Shown here: positions 10,771 through 17,796 of the stretch, piece by piece
Layout of the letters: the number at the start of each line of letters is the position of its first letter
Position numbering within the stretch: position 1 is the stretch's first letter
Assembly: GCF_000019605.1 (NCBI RefSeq)
Contig: NC_010482.1
Span: forward strand, 1,320,001 to 1,352,000
Source of the DNA: Candidatus Korarchaeum cryptofilum OPF8
GTDB lineage: Archaea; Korarchaeota; Korarchaeia; Korarchaeales; Korarchaeaceae
DNA: 32,000 nt
Direction of reading: 5' to 3'
Program-made: the position numbers and the translations under genes
The notes under the pieces: model-generated
The model's database searches: none
What the model was told of the DNA's origin: nothing
The model's input: only the letters and a program-made list of their open reading frames with translations

Positions 10771-10775
10771 GGTAG
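10284..10775 (+). CDS. single-motif LAGLIDADG homing endonuclease encoded in the 23S intron
   Basis: The ATG at 10284 lies in frame within track ORF 10068..10775. It gives MDGRIEGYVVGFIDAEGSFSVSI... with one LAGLIDADG-type motif (GFIDAEGSF) and 163 aa. The part of the ORF upstream of 10226 is rRNA exon. Confidence 0.85.
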   Translation: MDGRIEGYVVGFIDAEGSFSVSIKLQKGLRYGIRLDPVFSVTQREREPIDTIIHVLNAGRIIRKPGQPHLYLLVIDSISELIGKLIPFLERNIDLLCAKKHQYILFRDIVRGLHEARHKDIGGMYDLVIKAYELSDLSMKSNRRRSLDDVLLMLKQWGPPGER

Positions 10776-11381
10776 CCATATGCCTTGCCGAATAAAAATC
10801 GGCGTGCATGAATGGCTTAACGAGGTGCCCGCTGTCCCCTCCCGCGGGCCGGTGAACCCGCATCCCGGTGTACAGACCGGGACGCCCCAACGGGGAGAGA
10901 AGACCCTGTGGAGCTTCACTGCAGCCTGGTCTTGTGGTACAGCTGGGGATGCAGAGGGTAGGCGGGAGCGATGTGGCCACCCTCCAGGGGGTGGCCGAAG
11001 CGACGATGGAACACCGCCCTTCTCCAGCTGTACCACTAACCGCTCCGGCGGGACAGGGCCAGGTGGGCAGTTTGGCTGGGGTGGCACGCCCCTGCAAAGG
11101 TATCAGGGGCGCCCTAAGGCGAGCTCAGGCGGGACAGAAACCCGCCGTAGAGGGCAAGGCCAAAAGCTCGCCTGACTGGATCCCTAAACGCGTGGGATCC
11201 AGGGGTGAAAGCCGGGCCTAGCGAACACTCGAGCCCTCTCGGTGAGGGCCGGGTACGACAAAAAAGTTACCCCAGGGGTAACGGAGCTGTGGCGGGCGAG
11301 AGTCCCCATCGGCCCCGCCGCTTGCTTCCCCGACGTCGGCACTGCCCATCCTGGGGGTGCAGCAGCCTCCAAGGGTGGGGA

Positions 11382-11415
<34 letters not shown>

Positions 11416-11729
11416 CAGAACGTCGCGAGCCAGTTCGGTTTCTCCCTGTTGGGGCTGCAAGGCCGCCTGAGGGGAAGGGACCCTTAGTACGAAAGGAACG
11501 GGGTGTCGGGGCCTCCGGTGTACCGGTCGTCCGAAGGGGCGACGCCGGGTAGCCGCGCCCCAGCCGATAAGGGCTGAAAGCATCTAAGCCCGAAGCGGCC
11601 CCCGAAAATAGGCGGCCTCGCCCCTCGTGGGGTTAGGGCGCGGGTAGAAGACCCGTTCGATGGGGGGGTGGTGTAAGGCAGGAGCTTCGGCGGACTGCCT
11701 CAGCCTACCCCTCCCAAAGCCCGAGCGCA

Positions 11730-11772
11730 TGCCAGCGCCGGCCGGCTAATTCTCGAACTATGCTGAGCGCTC
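11730..11772 (+). promoter_or_regulatory. 3' strand of the pre-23S processing helix (BHB)
   Basis: The order is TGCCAGCGCCGGCC, GGCT, bulge AAT (11748-11750), TCTCGAACTATGCTGAGCGCTC. It is complementary to 8153-8195. Confidence 0.85.
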
Positions 11773-11778
11773 AAATAG

Positions 11779-11853
11779 CGGGCCCGGCGGGACTCGAACC
11801 CGCGACCTTCGGCTCCGGAGGCCGACGCTCTGACCATGCTGAGCTACGGGCCC
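11779..11853 (-). tRNA. tRNA-Arg (anticodon CCG)
   Basis: The reverse complement is GGGCCCGTAGCTCAGCATGGTCAGAGCGTCGGCCTCCGGAGCCGAAGGTCGCGGGTTCGAGTCCCGCCGGGCCCG. The anticodon loop is CUCCGGA. Confidence 0.9.
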
Positions 11854-11968
11854 ACAGTTATGCCCCCCGACTCAATGGGAGGGCCATTGAATAGGAAGCT
11901 CAGACTATTTAAATCCGAAACTCCATCGGGGGCATGATGATCGCCACTTAGGGCTCTGGAGTATGTGA

Positions 11969-12222
11969 CTTTCAATTTCTTCTCCGGGATTCGGAACAAT
12001 TATCGAAGATAAGCTTTCAATTTCTTTCTGGGATTCATCAAGAGCATCGGGGGCTATCCTGAAGCTAGCTATCCCTTTCAACTCCCTTTCCGGGATTCCA
12101 AGGTGTTGTAGTGAATGTTACTGATCTACCTGAGCTTTCAACTCCCTTTCCGGGATTCTCCCTTCGGCCCAAAGCATCTGAGGGAAACGCTGAAGCAGCT
12201 TTCAACTCCCTTTCCGGGATTC
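11969..12222 (-). CRISPR. small CRISPR array with 5 repeats and 4 spacers. Predicted transcription is on the minus strand, with the leader on the 12223+ side.
   Basis: The plus-strand 24-nt repeat CTTTCAACTCCCTTTCCGGGATTC is identical at 12075, 12135 and 12199. Degenerate copies lie at 11969 (CTTTCAATTTCTTCTCCGGGATTC) and 12014 (23 nt). Spacers are 21, 38, 36 and 40 nt and unrelated to each other. The reverse complement ends in GTTGAAAG, like the AUUGAAAG crRNA 5' handle. Confidence 0.8.
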
Positions 12223-12793
12223 CGATGCTCTTCTTCCCCCTCTATACCCCTATCCCCTCTCCTATCGGTGATATTTTTGATACGCCTCCGCTGCTATACT
12301 ACCTGCGCTCCAATTATATAAAGAGTAACGGAGGCACCCCGCTCGCACATAGTTAAAGAATGATCCGATATTGCATTAAATTTTCTCAATTCCGATGAAT
12401 TTTGAAACAAAAGGTCGTAAACGAGATCGCTGAGCATCTCTCTTCTCTCAATCCTCCTCTCATCAGAGTATATTACGGCTCAAGGCTCTACCTTCCAAGA
12501 GCTTCTCGATATTGAGCACCACAAATTTGTGGTGCACTACCGACACGCGATAGCCGCAATTTGCCCCATCAAGCCTCCTATGTGGAACGATGGCCTTCAA
12601 CGGGAGCTCTTATTATCGGACACAAGTCCGCCTTCGATAGTAAATCTCAGCAGGTAATTCATTTGCCTGTCGGTTCATTGAATCCCTCATCTAGCTCCCT
12701 TCCAATCTGAAGCCGTACTAATGCCCTCCCTATCGATCTTAATCGGATCCCGGCGGGAATTAACTATTTAAATGCTGAGAGCCAATTTTATTT

Positions 12794-13387
12794 GTGAGCT
12801 CACAGCTCAAGAGGAAGTTCCTGGAGCTTCTAAAGGAGGATGAGGAGTTCAGATATGCTGTAGCTGGGCTCCTGGGCCTAGAGGAGATTCTGAAAAGGCT
12901 CGATAGACATGAAGAGCAGCTCGTCAAGCTCAGAGAGGACATGAATAAGTTAAGGGAGGATATGAACAAGTTGAGGGAGGATATGAACAGGGGATTCGAG
13001 CTCATAGAGAGGAGGATATCGGCTCTGGGGGCGAGATGGGGACTTCAAACTGAGGAAGCTTTCAGGGAGGGTTTGAAGGGGATACTGGAGAGGGAGTTCG
13101 GTGTTAAAGTGGAGAGATGGATCAAGAGAGATGAGGAAGGGATCGTTTACGAGCATCCGAGCGATGTTGAGGTGGATGTCGCCGTTAAAGATGGAAAGAC
13201 GATACTAATAGAGGTATCTTCGCATATAAAAGCATCAGATATCCCAATCTTCAGGAGGAAAGCTGAATTTTACAGGAGAGTAACTGGGGTAAGGGCTGAG
13301 AGGCTGGTAATAGTGACTCCATACGCGGATGAGAGGGCAGTTGAGATGGCGAGGGAGCTCGGGATAGAGATATACACGAAGGTATGA
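12794..13387 (+). CDS. coiled-coil protein with a C-terminal PD-(D/E)xK-like nuclease-fold domain. From memory it resembles the archaeal DUF3782/DUF1626 families.
   Basis: The 197-aa ORF has an N-terminal heptad-rich coiled coil. The C-terminus ...DVEVDVAVKDGKTILIEVSSHIK... fits a D..(D/E)xK-like core. It starts with GTG. Confidence 0.6.
   Translation: MSSQLKRKFLELLKEDEEFRYAVAGLLGLEEILKRLDRHEEQLVKLREDMNKLREDMNKLREDMNRGFELIERRISALGARWGLQTEEAFREGLKGILEREFGVKVERWIKRDEEGIVYEHPSDVEVDVAVKDGKTILIEVSSHIKASDIPIFRRKAEFYRRVTGVRAERLVIVTPYADERAVEMARELGIEIYTKV
12926..12988 (+). repeat. 3 x 21-nt in-frame tandem repeat (KLREDMN x3) inside CDS 12794..13387
   Basis: The copies are AAGCTCAGAGAGGACATGAAT, AAGTTAAGGGAGGATATGAAC and AAGTTGAGGGAGGATATGAAC. 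Copies 2 and 3 differ by 1 nt. All three encode the same heptad. Confidence 0.9.
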
Positions 13388-13772
13388 ATTATTATTTCGC
13401 AATTCCTCGACACATAGTTATCGTTCGATCTCATCTTCTCCCCCATCATATACTCCGTCAGATGCAAAGCTCCCTTTTGAGCCCCTCTTCACTGCACTCA
13501 GCCTGAAAAGCTCCTCCGAACTTCCCGGAGCCAGGGGGGATCTAGATTTCCTGATATCTCCGTCTTCTATAGCGGACCCTATAAATCAATATAAAAATCG
13601 CCTCCAAGTGAGCTTCTGGAGGTCTCGATACGGAGGATTTTGTGGAATGCTCAAAAAATATAGGGAAAAGTGAAGTGGATGCTGCTGATCCGTTCCGGGG
13701 GGAATATCGAGAGTAAAATAGAGTTCGTATCAGTGAAGTAGACCGCGTATTGTGATAATTGTTGAAAGGGGC

Positions 13773-14819
13773 TCATTCCGAATAGGAAGTCTCGGTCGCC
13801 CCGAGTCTCACTTTCACTACGAGAGGCCTTGAAGTGGTTATGAAGGAGAGATCCAACGTCAACGTCCTCTCCTCCCCCGGTCCTATTATCTCGATAGGAG
13901 AGGTCCATAAGAAGGTAGAGACGGGCTCCTCATTCACATATATTTCAAGCCATCTGATGCTTATAGGATAGCTTCCCCCGTTTGAGATCGTCAGTGTAAT
14001 ATTATCTAAATCCCATTTATCGAAGAAGGGCCTCAATCCCACATTCTCTATCCTCAATTCTGGTCTCAGGGGTTCTATAGTGTAGGAATCTCTCACTAAG
14101 TTGGGTATCACGACATCCAGCTCGTGCTCTCTATCCAAATACTTCGGATCTATGAAGGAAGCGACGGGCTCTAAGCTAAGGCTCGAGATACCTCCGGGCT
14201 CAATTATCAAGGTCGATGGCGATAGGATGAACGATCTTCGGGAATCATCCAGATAGAGCTCGATATTCTCCGGGATCCCGCTCAAATATAAGGGGACATC
14301 TCCCTCATTCCTCACCTCAAGAGTGAGTTTTTCCAGCTTTAATGAGAAGGTGGAGGAGCTAAAACTTACTTCTTTTATCTTGAGCTCAGCCCTTGCTCCT
14401 TTTACCTCAAAGTTAATGCTATATAACTCCTCATCATGATAGAAAGCCTTTATCATGTAGCTTTTCGGCCCTATAATATTAGTGTAGGGATTGAAGGGAG
14501 TCAGATGGAGGTAAACTACCTCCTCCGGCTTACTCGCTACATAAGTGTCTATTAGCTCTCCCTCCTCCGTAAGGAGGCGGAAAGTTATTGGATAGTCGCT
14601 CGTTTTAAATGAGATCTTGAGGCATGGGTAGCCCTCATGATCGACTACCCCGACTCCTCTGACCTCGAATGATGGCTTATACGTCAGGGCCCCCGCTATC
14701 AGCAGTAAGAGGATTACCGCTGAGATTATGAGGAGGACCCTCCCGATGCTCATACGAAGATAGTCCAAATGTTTAATAAAAGGCTTCTTCCTATGGAAGG
14801 GTTCGAAGACGCATTTCAC
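13773..14819 (-). CDS. membrane-anchored extracellular protein with CARDB-like beta-sandwich repeats. The likely true start is the internal Met of MSIGRVLLII...
   Basis: The 348-aa ORF has a single N-terminal TM helix (RVLLIISAVILLLLIAGAL). Repeated segments contain VRNEGDVPL and TISNGGSYPI motifs reminiscent of CARDB/adhesin folds. Confidence 0.6.
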   Translation of the reverse strand: MKCVFEPFHRKKPFIKHLDYLRMSIGRVLLIISAVILLLLIAGALTYKPSFEVRGVGVVDHEGYPCLKISFKTSDYPITFRLLTEEGELIDTYVASKPEEVVYLHLTPFNPYTNIIGPKSYMIKAFYHDEELYSINFEVKGARAELKIKEVSFSSSTFSLKLEKLTLEVRNEGDVPLYLSGIPENIELYLDDSRRSFILSPSTLIIEPGGISSLSLEPVASFIDPKYLDREHELDVVIPNLVRDSYTIEPLRPELRIENVGLRPFFDKWDLDNITLTISNGGSYPISIRWLEIYVNEEPVSTFLWTSPIEIIGPGEERTLTLDLSFITTSRPLVVKVRLGATETSYSE

Positions 14820-14824
14820 CCTAT

Positions 14825-15043
14825 CTAGAATTTTAAAAAATGATAACCTGAAAGAGCTATAAGTAGAATCCGGTATCCTAAGTTCTCTATGCTCCAGTAG
14901 AGGAGGTCCGTTGTCGGGTAGTTAACATTTACTACCCGTTCCATCTCGGCCTTAGCCTCATTGATGGCTTTCAGGGGCAACGGGGCCCCCCTCATCCTGT
15001 GCATGCGCCCATTCGGTGCTACGTACCACCACATATCGGGCAC
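14825..15043 (-). CDS. hypothetical small protein (72 aa)
   Basis: The evidence is ORF only, with a GTG start and no recognisable motif. It lies directly upstream of and co-oriented with 13773..14819. Confidence 0.25.
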   Translation of the reverse strand: MPDMWWYVAPNGRMHRMRGAPLPLKAINEAKAEMERVVNVNYPTTDLLYWSIENLGYRILLIALSGYHFLKF

Positions 15044-15574
15044 AGAATGCGAGATCTCTCAATTTATAAATTTATCGTGTAGGTATATCCAGATAAGGTT
15101 ATATAAAGTTAACTTTCTGGAAACTGCTGAGGAACCCTCTTCATAGCTCATAGAAGCGCTGAAAATATGGAGGAGTCTTGAGCCCCCCAGCGGATGAGGA
15201 GACTGGTTTAAAGCTCTAAGAGTTGAAAACTCCTGATTTCGGTCGAAGAGTAGCTAATGGATGGGTTAGAAGCTCCTCGCAGATGAGAACGCTGCTAGAG
15301 CTGTAATATCACTCAATATGGTGCCCAGCTGGAGCCACGATTCCTCTGGAGAGCTTTTGAAAGTAAATGAAGGACAGGGGGGAAGAGCTAACTGAAGAAT
15401 CAGCTAGATGGGAGCCTCCTGCATTGGATTACCGTTGTTCATGACCCCATACAGATTGAGGCGTGTGGACGAGAGTCATTCGGATGAGGGAAGATATCAG
15501 ATTTTGCGCTCTCAAATATCGAGGGGATAGGGAAGGCTAAATAAAAACTACTGCCTGACCCCGATGAAAAGCGG

Positions 15575-15778
15575 TTAAGGTATCTTCGCTCCCCTGAATT
15601 TCTCACTAGCTCGCATCCCCGCAACTCCCCAGTTCTCCATTGGGACCTCATTTATTATGATCTCGACGGCTTCAGCCGGTATCCCGAGCTCCGTGAAGAC
15701 CCTCGTTATCCCCTCTATCACCTTCCTCTTTGAATCATCCGAAAAGCCTCTCCACACATTCACAATAACTACTGGCAT
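15575..15778 (-). CDS. 4-oxalocrotonate tautomerase family protein
   Basis: The 67-aa ORF starts Met-Pro (MPVVIVNVW...), giving the catalytic Pro1. The beta-alpha-beta size is typical of the 4-OT family. Confidence 0.75.
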   Translation of the reverse strand: MPVVIVNVWRGFSDDSKRKVIEGITRVFTELGIPAEAVEIIINEVPMENWGVAGMRASEKFRGAKIP

Positions 15779-15821
15779 ACGTTAAAAGCCATAATCAGAA
15801 TAAAAACCTTCTTATGGATTA

Positions 15822-15983
15822 TCACTTCCCCTTGAATTCTGTGTAACCGCATCCCCCGCAGCTGTACCTATTCTCGTGCTCCGCCATGAAGCGGCCGCAC
15901 CTTGGGCACTGCCTCCTCTTCCTCACCAGCTTACCCCCTTCCACCGAGTAGTACTTCCAAGCTTGGACGGGCTTATGCTTCAA
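15822..15983 (-). CDS. rps27ae: 30S ribosomal protein S27ae (eS31). This small ORF is missing from the ORF track.
   Basis: Own translation gives (TTG)[53 protein letters not shown]. It has a C4 zinc ribbon, and the TTG start overlaps the rps24e TGA. Confidence 0.8.
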   Translation of the reverse strand: MKHKPVQAWKYYSVEGGKLVRKRRQCPRCGRFMAEHENRYSCGGCGYTEFKGK

Positions 15984-16267
15984 GCAGCCTCCCCTCCTTC
16001 GTTCCTCCTCACTATATGCTTTGGCTCTATCATCAGAGCCATGGCCCTGCTGTGGTAGACCATAGCCATTATAGTTGCTTCCTCCTTCCCGTAATCCGTT
16101 GATATCCTCCTTATGAACACGTTGCTAGGCGCCTTCCCGAGCTGCCTAGCTAATATTTCCCTTATCTCCCTCCTGGAGGGTGTGCCTCCCTTGAACCTTA
16201 TCCTAGCTACTACCTCCTCCCTCTGCAGCAGCGGGTTCTCCCTCCTCTTAACTAGCTCCAGTTCCAT
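15980..16267 (-). CDS. rps24e: 30S ribosomal protein S24e (eS24)
   Basis: The 95-aa ORF contains ...[33 protein letters not shown]...EPKHIVRRN, typical of S24e. Confidence 0.9.
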   Translation of the reverse strand: MELELVKRRENPLLQREEVVARIRFKGGTPSRREIREILARQLGKAPSNVFIRRISTDYGKEEATIMAMVYHSRAMALMIEPKHIVRRNEGGEAA

Positions 16268-16337
16268 TTGCCCACCGGCTCACGGAGCCGTGCCCCTTTT
16301 TATATATTTCCATCAGAATCGGGAAGATGAATTGAGC

Positions 16338-16529
16338 TCAATATACCTTCAGAGCGTAAATTCCGGCTTTCTCATGCCCCAATATCTTGGCTACTTGGGA
16401 TTTGAATGGATCCACTATTGCTACGATCCCCTCCCAGTTGTAAGTGAAGTCATTGGATCCGCATATCGGGCAAACCTCCTCCTTATCCTCGCAAATTGCC
16501 CTACAGTTCCTGCAGGCCTTATATCTCAT
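16338..16529 (-). CDS. spt4: transcription elongation factor Spt4 (RpoE'')
   Basis: The 63-aa ORF has the zinc ribbon CRNC...CPIC followed by ...WEGIVAIVDP..S.VAK.LG. Confidence 0.85.
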   Translation of the reverse strand: MRYKACRNCRAICEDKEEVCPICGSNDFTYNWEGIVAIVDPFKSQVAKILGHEKAGIYALKVY

Positions 16530-17101
16530 TCTGCCACCTCCTCTATCTTCCCGAGTTTGGGCTGCCTCATAGTGAGCGCTACCTTTATCACAGGCTCATT
16601 CCTGAGCACGGCAGATGGATCGGGCTTGCTTACAGCCGTTATCCTGGCCCTAACGACATCTCCAGGCCTGAACGTGACTTTCAGCTTCCTCCCCTGTATC
16701 ACCCCTCCCCTGTGCACGAAGACATCGTCCCCGAGCTGCGAGATGTGCACGAATCCATTTATCGGGCCCACGGTCACGAAGACTCCGTACTCGACTACGT
16801 TCTCCACCTCCCCCTCTATAACTTCATCCTTCATGGGGATGTAGCTGAGGGCCCTGAAGTTCACCCTGACGTAGATATTCGGGCTCCCTATTACCGAGGT
16901 CCCGTAGCTCATATCCACTATATCGAGCACATCGAGTATTAGCCCAGCTTCCTTCACGAACCTCCCAACGTACTTAGCCCTGAACTGCTTCTTCAGTATC
17001 TCCTTCAGATCCTTCCCCAGGTCCAGGGGCCTTATGTAGCCCACATCACTCATTTCGACCTCGTAGAACAACTTCATCACCTTACGGGATGGATCGAGCA
17101 T
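16526..17101 (-). CDS. rpoE: DNA-directed RNA polymerase subunit E' (Rpo7). The likely start is the internal MKLFYEV...
   Basis: An S1 domain (EGEVENVVEYGVFVTVGPINGFVHISQL) follows an Rpb7-like N-terminal domain. The ORF overlaps spt4 by 4 nt. Confidence 0.9.
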   Translation of the reverse strand: MLDPSRKVMKLFYEVEMSDVGYIRPLDLGKDLKEILKKQFRAKYVGRFVKEAGLILDVLDIVDMSYGTSVIGSPNIYVRVNFRALSYIPMKDEVIEGEVENVVEYGVFVTVGPINGFVHISQLGDDVFVHRGGVIQGRKLKVTFRPGDVVRARITAVSKPDPSAVLRNEPVIKVALTMRQPKLGKIEEVAE

Positions 17102-17136
17102 ATCCCTTTATTAAAGCTTTCCCGAGGCCTCTCGCA

Positions 17137-17523
17137 TCAGTCCTCGGATAGCTTGGATGGATCCTCTAAAACTAGCTTCTTCTTCGCCCTCAAGTAAACG
17201 ACCGGCACCCCCTCCCTCAGGAGCTCGTTCTTAAGCTTCAAGTCGAAAGTGACCACAGCGCATCCCAGTTGCTTAGCTGCCCTCACTATATCCTCATCCG
17301 CCTCTCCATCGAACTCCTCTAGCACTCTGACATCATACCCCCTGATGACCTCGATAGCTACTTTAGCCCTCCTCTTCCTCCCGGCCAGTTGAGAGAGCTC
17401 CCTTATTACGGATCTCGTCGTGAGCAGCTCGGCCCTCGGGTATATGGACATCAGCTCCTCCATCCCTATCGAGAGCTCAGTTATCCCCAGGAGGAAGGAG
17501 GAATCCAAGAGTATTCTCCTCAT
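17137..17523 (-). CDS. PIN-domain protein (Fcf1/Utp24-like, COG1412-type)
   Basis: The 128-aa ORF has acidic PIN residues (LLDSSF..., ...EADEDIV..., ...VVTFD). It sits in the conserved position upstream of rpo7-spt4-rps24e-rps27ae. Confidence 0.7.
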   Translation of the reverse strand: MRRILLDSSFLLGITELSIGMEELMSIYPRAELLTTRSVIRELSQLAGRKRRAKVAIEVIRGYDVRVLEEFDGEADEDIVRAAKQLGCAVVTFDLKLKNELLREGVPVVYLRAKKKLVLEDPSKLSED

Positions 17524-17534
17524 GGGATCACCTA

Positions 17535-17609
17535 TGGGCCCGGGGGGACTTGAACCCCCGGCCTCCCGGTTATCAGCCGGGCGCTCTGACCAGTCTGAGC
17601 CACGGGCCC
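17535..17609 (-). tRNA. tRNA-Ile (anticodon GAU)
   Basis: The reverse complement is GGGCCCGTGGCTCAGACTGGTCAGAGCGCCCGGCTGATAACCGGGAGGCCGGGGGTTCAAGTCCCCCCGGGCCCA. The loop is CUGAUAA. Confidence 0.9.
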
Positions 17610-17695
17610 CTCTTAGCTACATTACACAGATTAAAACTCAACCCCCATGGACCGGGCTGAAGGATTTATTTAAGTTTTCCGATGGATTCCTCCAG

Positions 17696-17768
17696 TGGAC
17701 CGGGCGGGATTCGAACCCGCGGCCTCCGCCTTGCGAAGGCGGCGCGCTACCAACTGCGCCACCGGCCC
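17696..17768 (-). tRNA. tRNA-Ala (anticodon CGC)
   Basis: The reverse complement is GGGCCGGTGGCGCAGTTGGTAGCGCGCCGCCTTCGCAAGGCGGAGGCCGCGGGTTCGAATCCCGCCCGGTCCA. It has the G3:U70 identity pair and loop UUCGCAA. Confidence 0.9.
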
Positions 17769-17796
17769 ACTATTCATCCGCATCCAACTTTAAAAT

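Noticed and set aside
11909-11936. Possible sixth, highly decayed CRISPR repeat (..GAAACTCCATCGGGGGCAT..) about 57 nt before repeat 1. The 10-mer CATCGGGGGC recurs in spacer 2 (about 12044).
   Set aside because: Only about half the positions match the repeat consensus. It cannot be distinguished from chance without a statistical alignment.
11934-11968. C-box-like ATGATGA at about 11934, suggesting a C/D box sRNA
   Set aside because: No properly spaced D box (CTGA) or terminal stem follows it. The downstream sequence runs into the CRISPR trailer repeat.
12111-12356. Track ORFs 12111..12356 and 12115..12321
   Set aside because: They read through the CRISPR repeats and give a repetitive LSTPFPGF translation. 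They are artefacts.
16113-16942. Long plus-strand ORFs 16113..16844 and 16496..16942. Comparable antisense ORFs are 1825..2400, 4360..4788, 21786..22154, 23296..23856 and 29932..30369.
   Set aside because: Each is antisense to, or out of frame within, a confidently identified conserved gene (rps24e/spt4/rpo7, rps19e, ftsY, ftsZ, rpl11/rpl1, mcm). All have low-complexity Ser/Pro/Leu-rich content.
17647-17657. 10-nt copy (TGGACCGGGC) of the tRNA-Ala(CGC) 3' end lying 49 nt from that tRNA, a possible att-like remnant of an integrase event
   Set aside because: It is too short to be significant on its own. No integrase or foreign genes lie between the copies, and the interval is only the tRNA-Ile/tRNA-Ala spacer.
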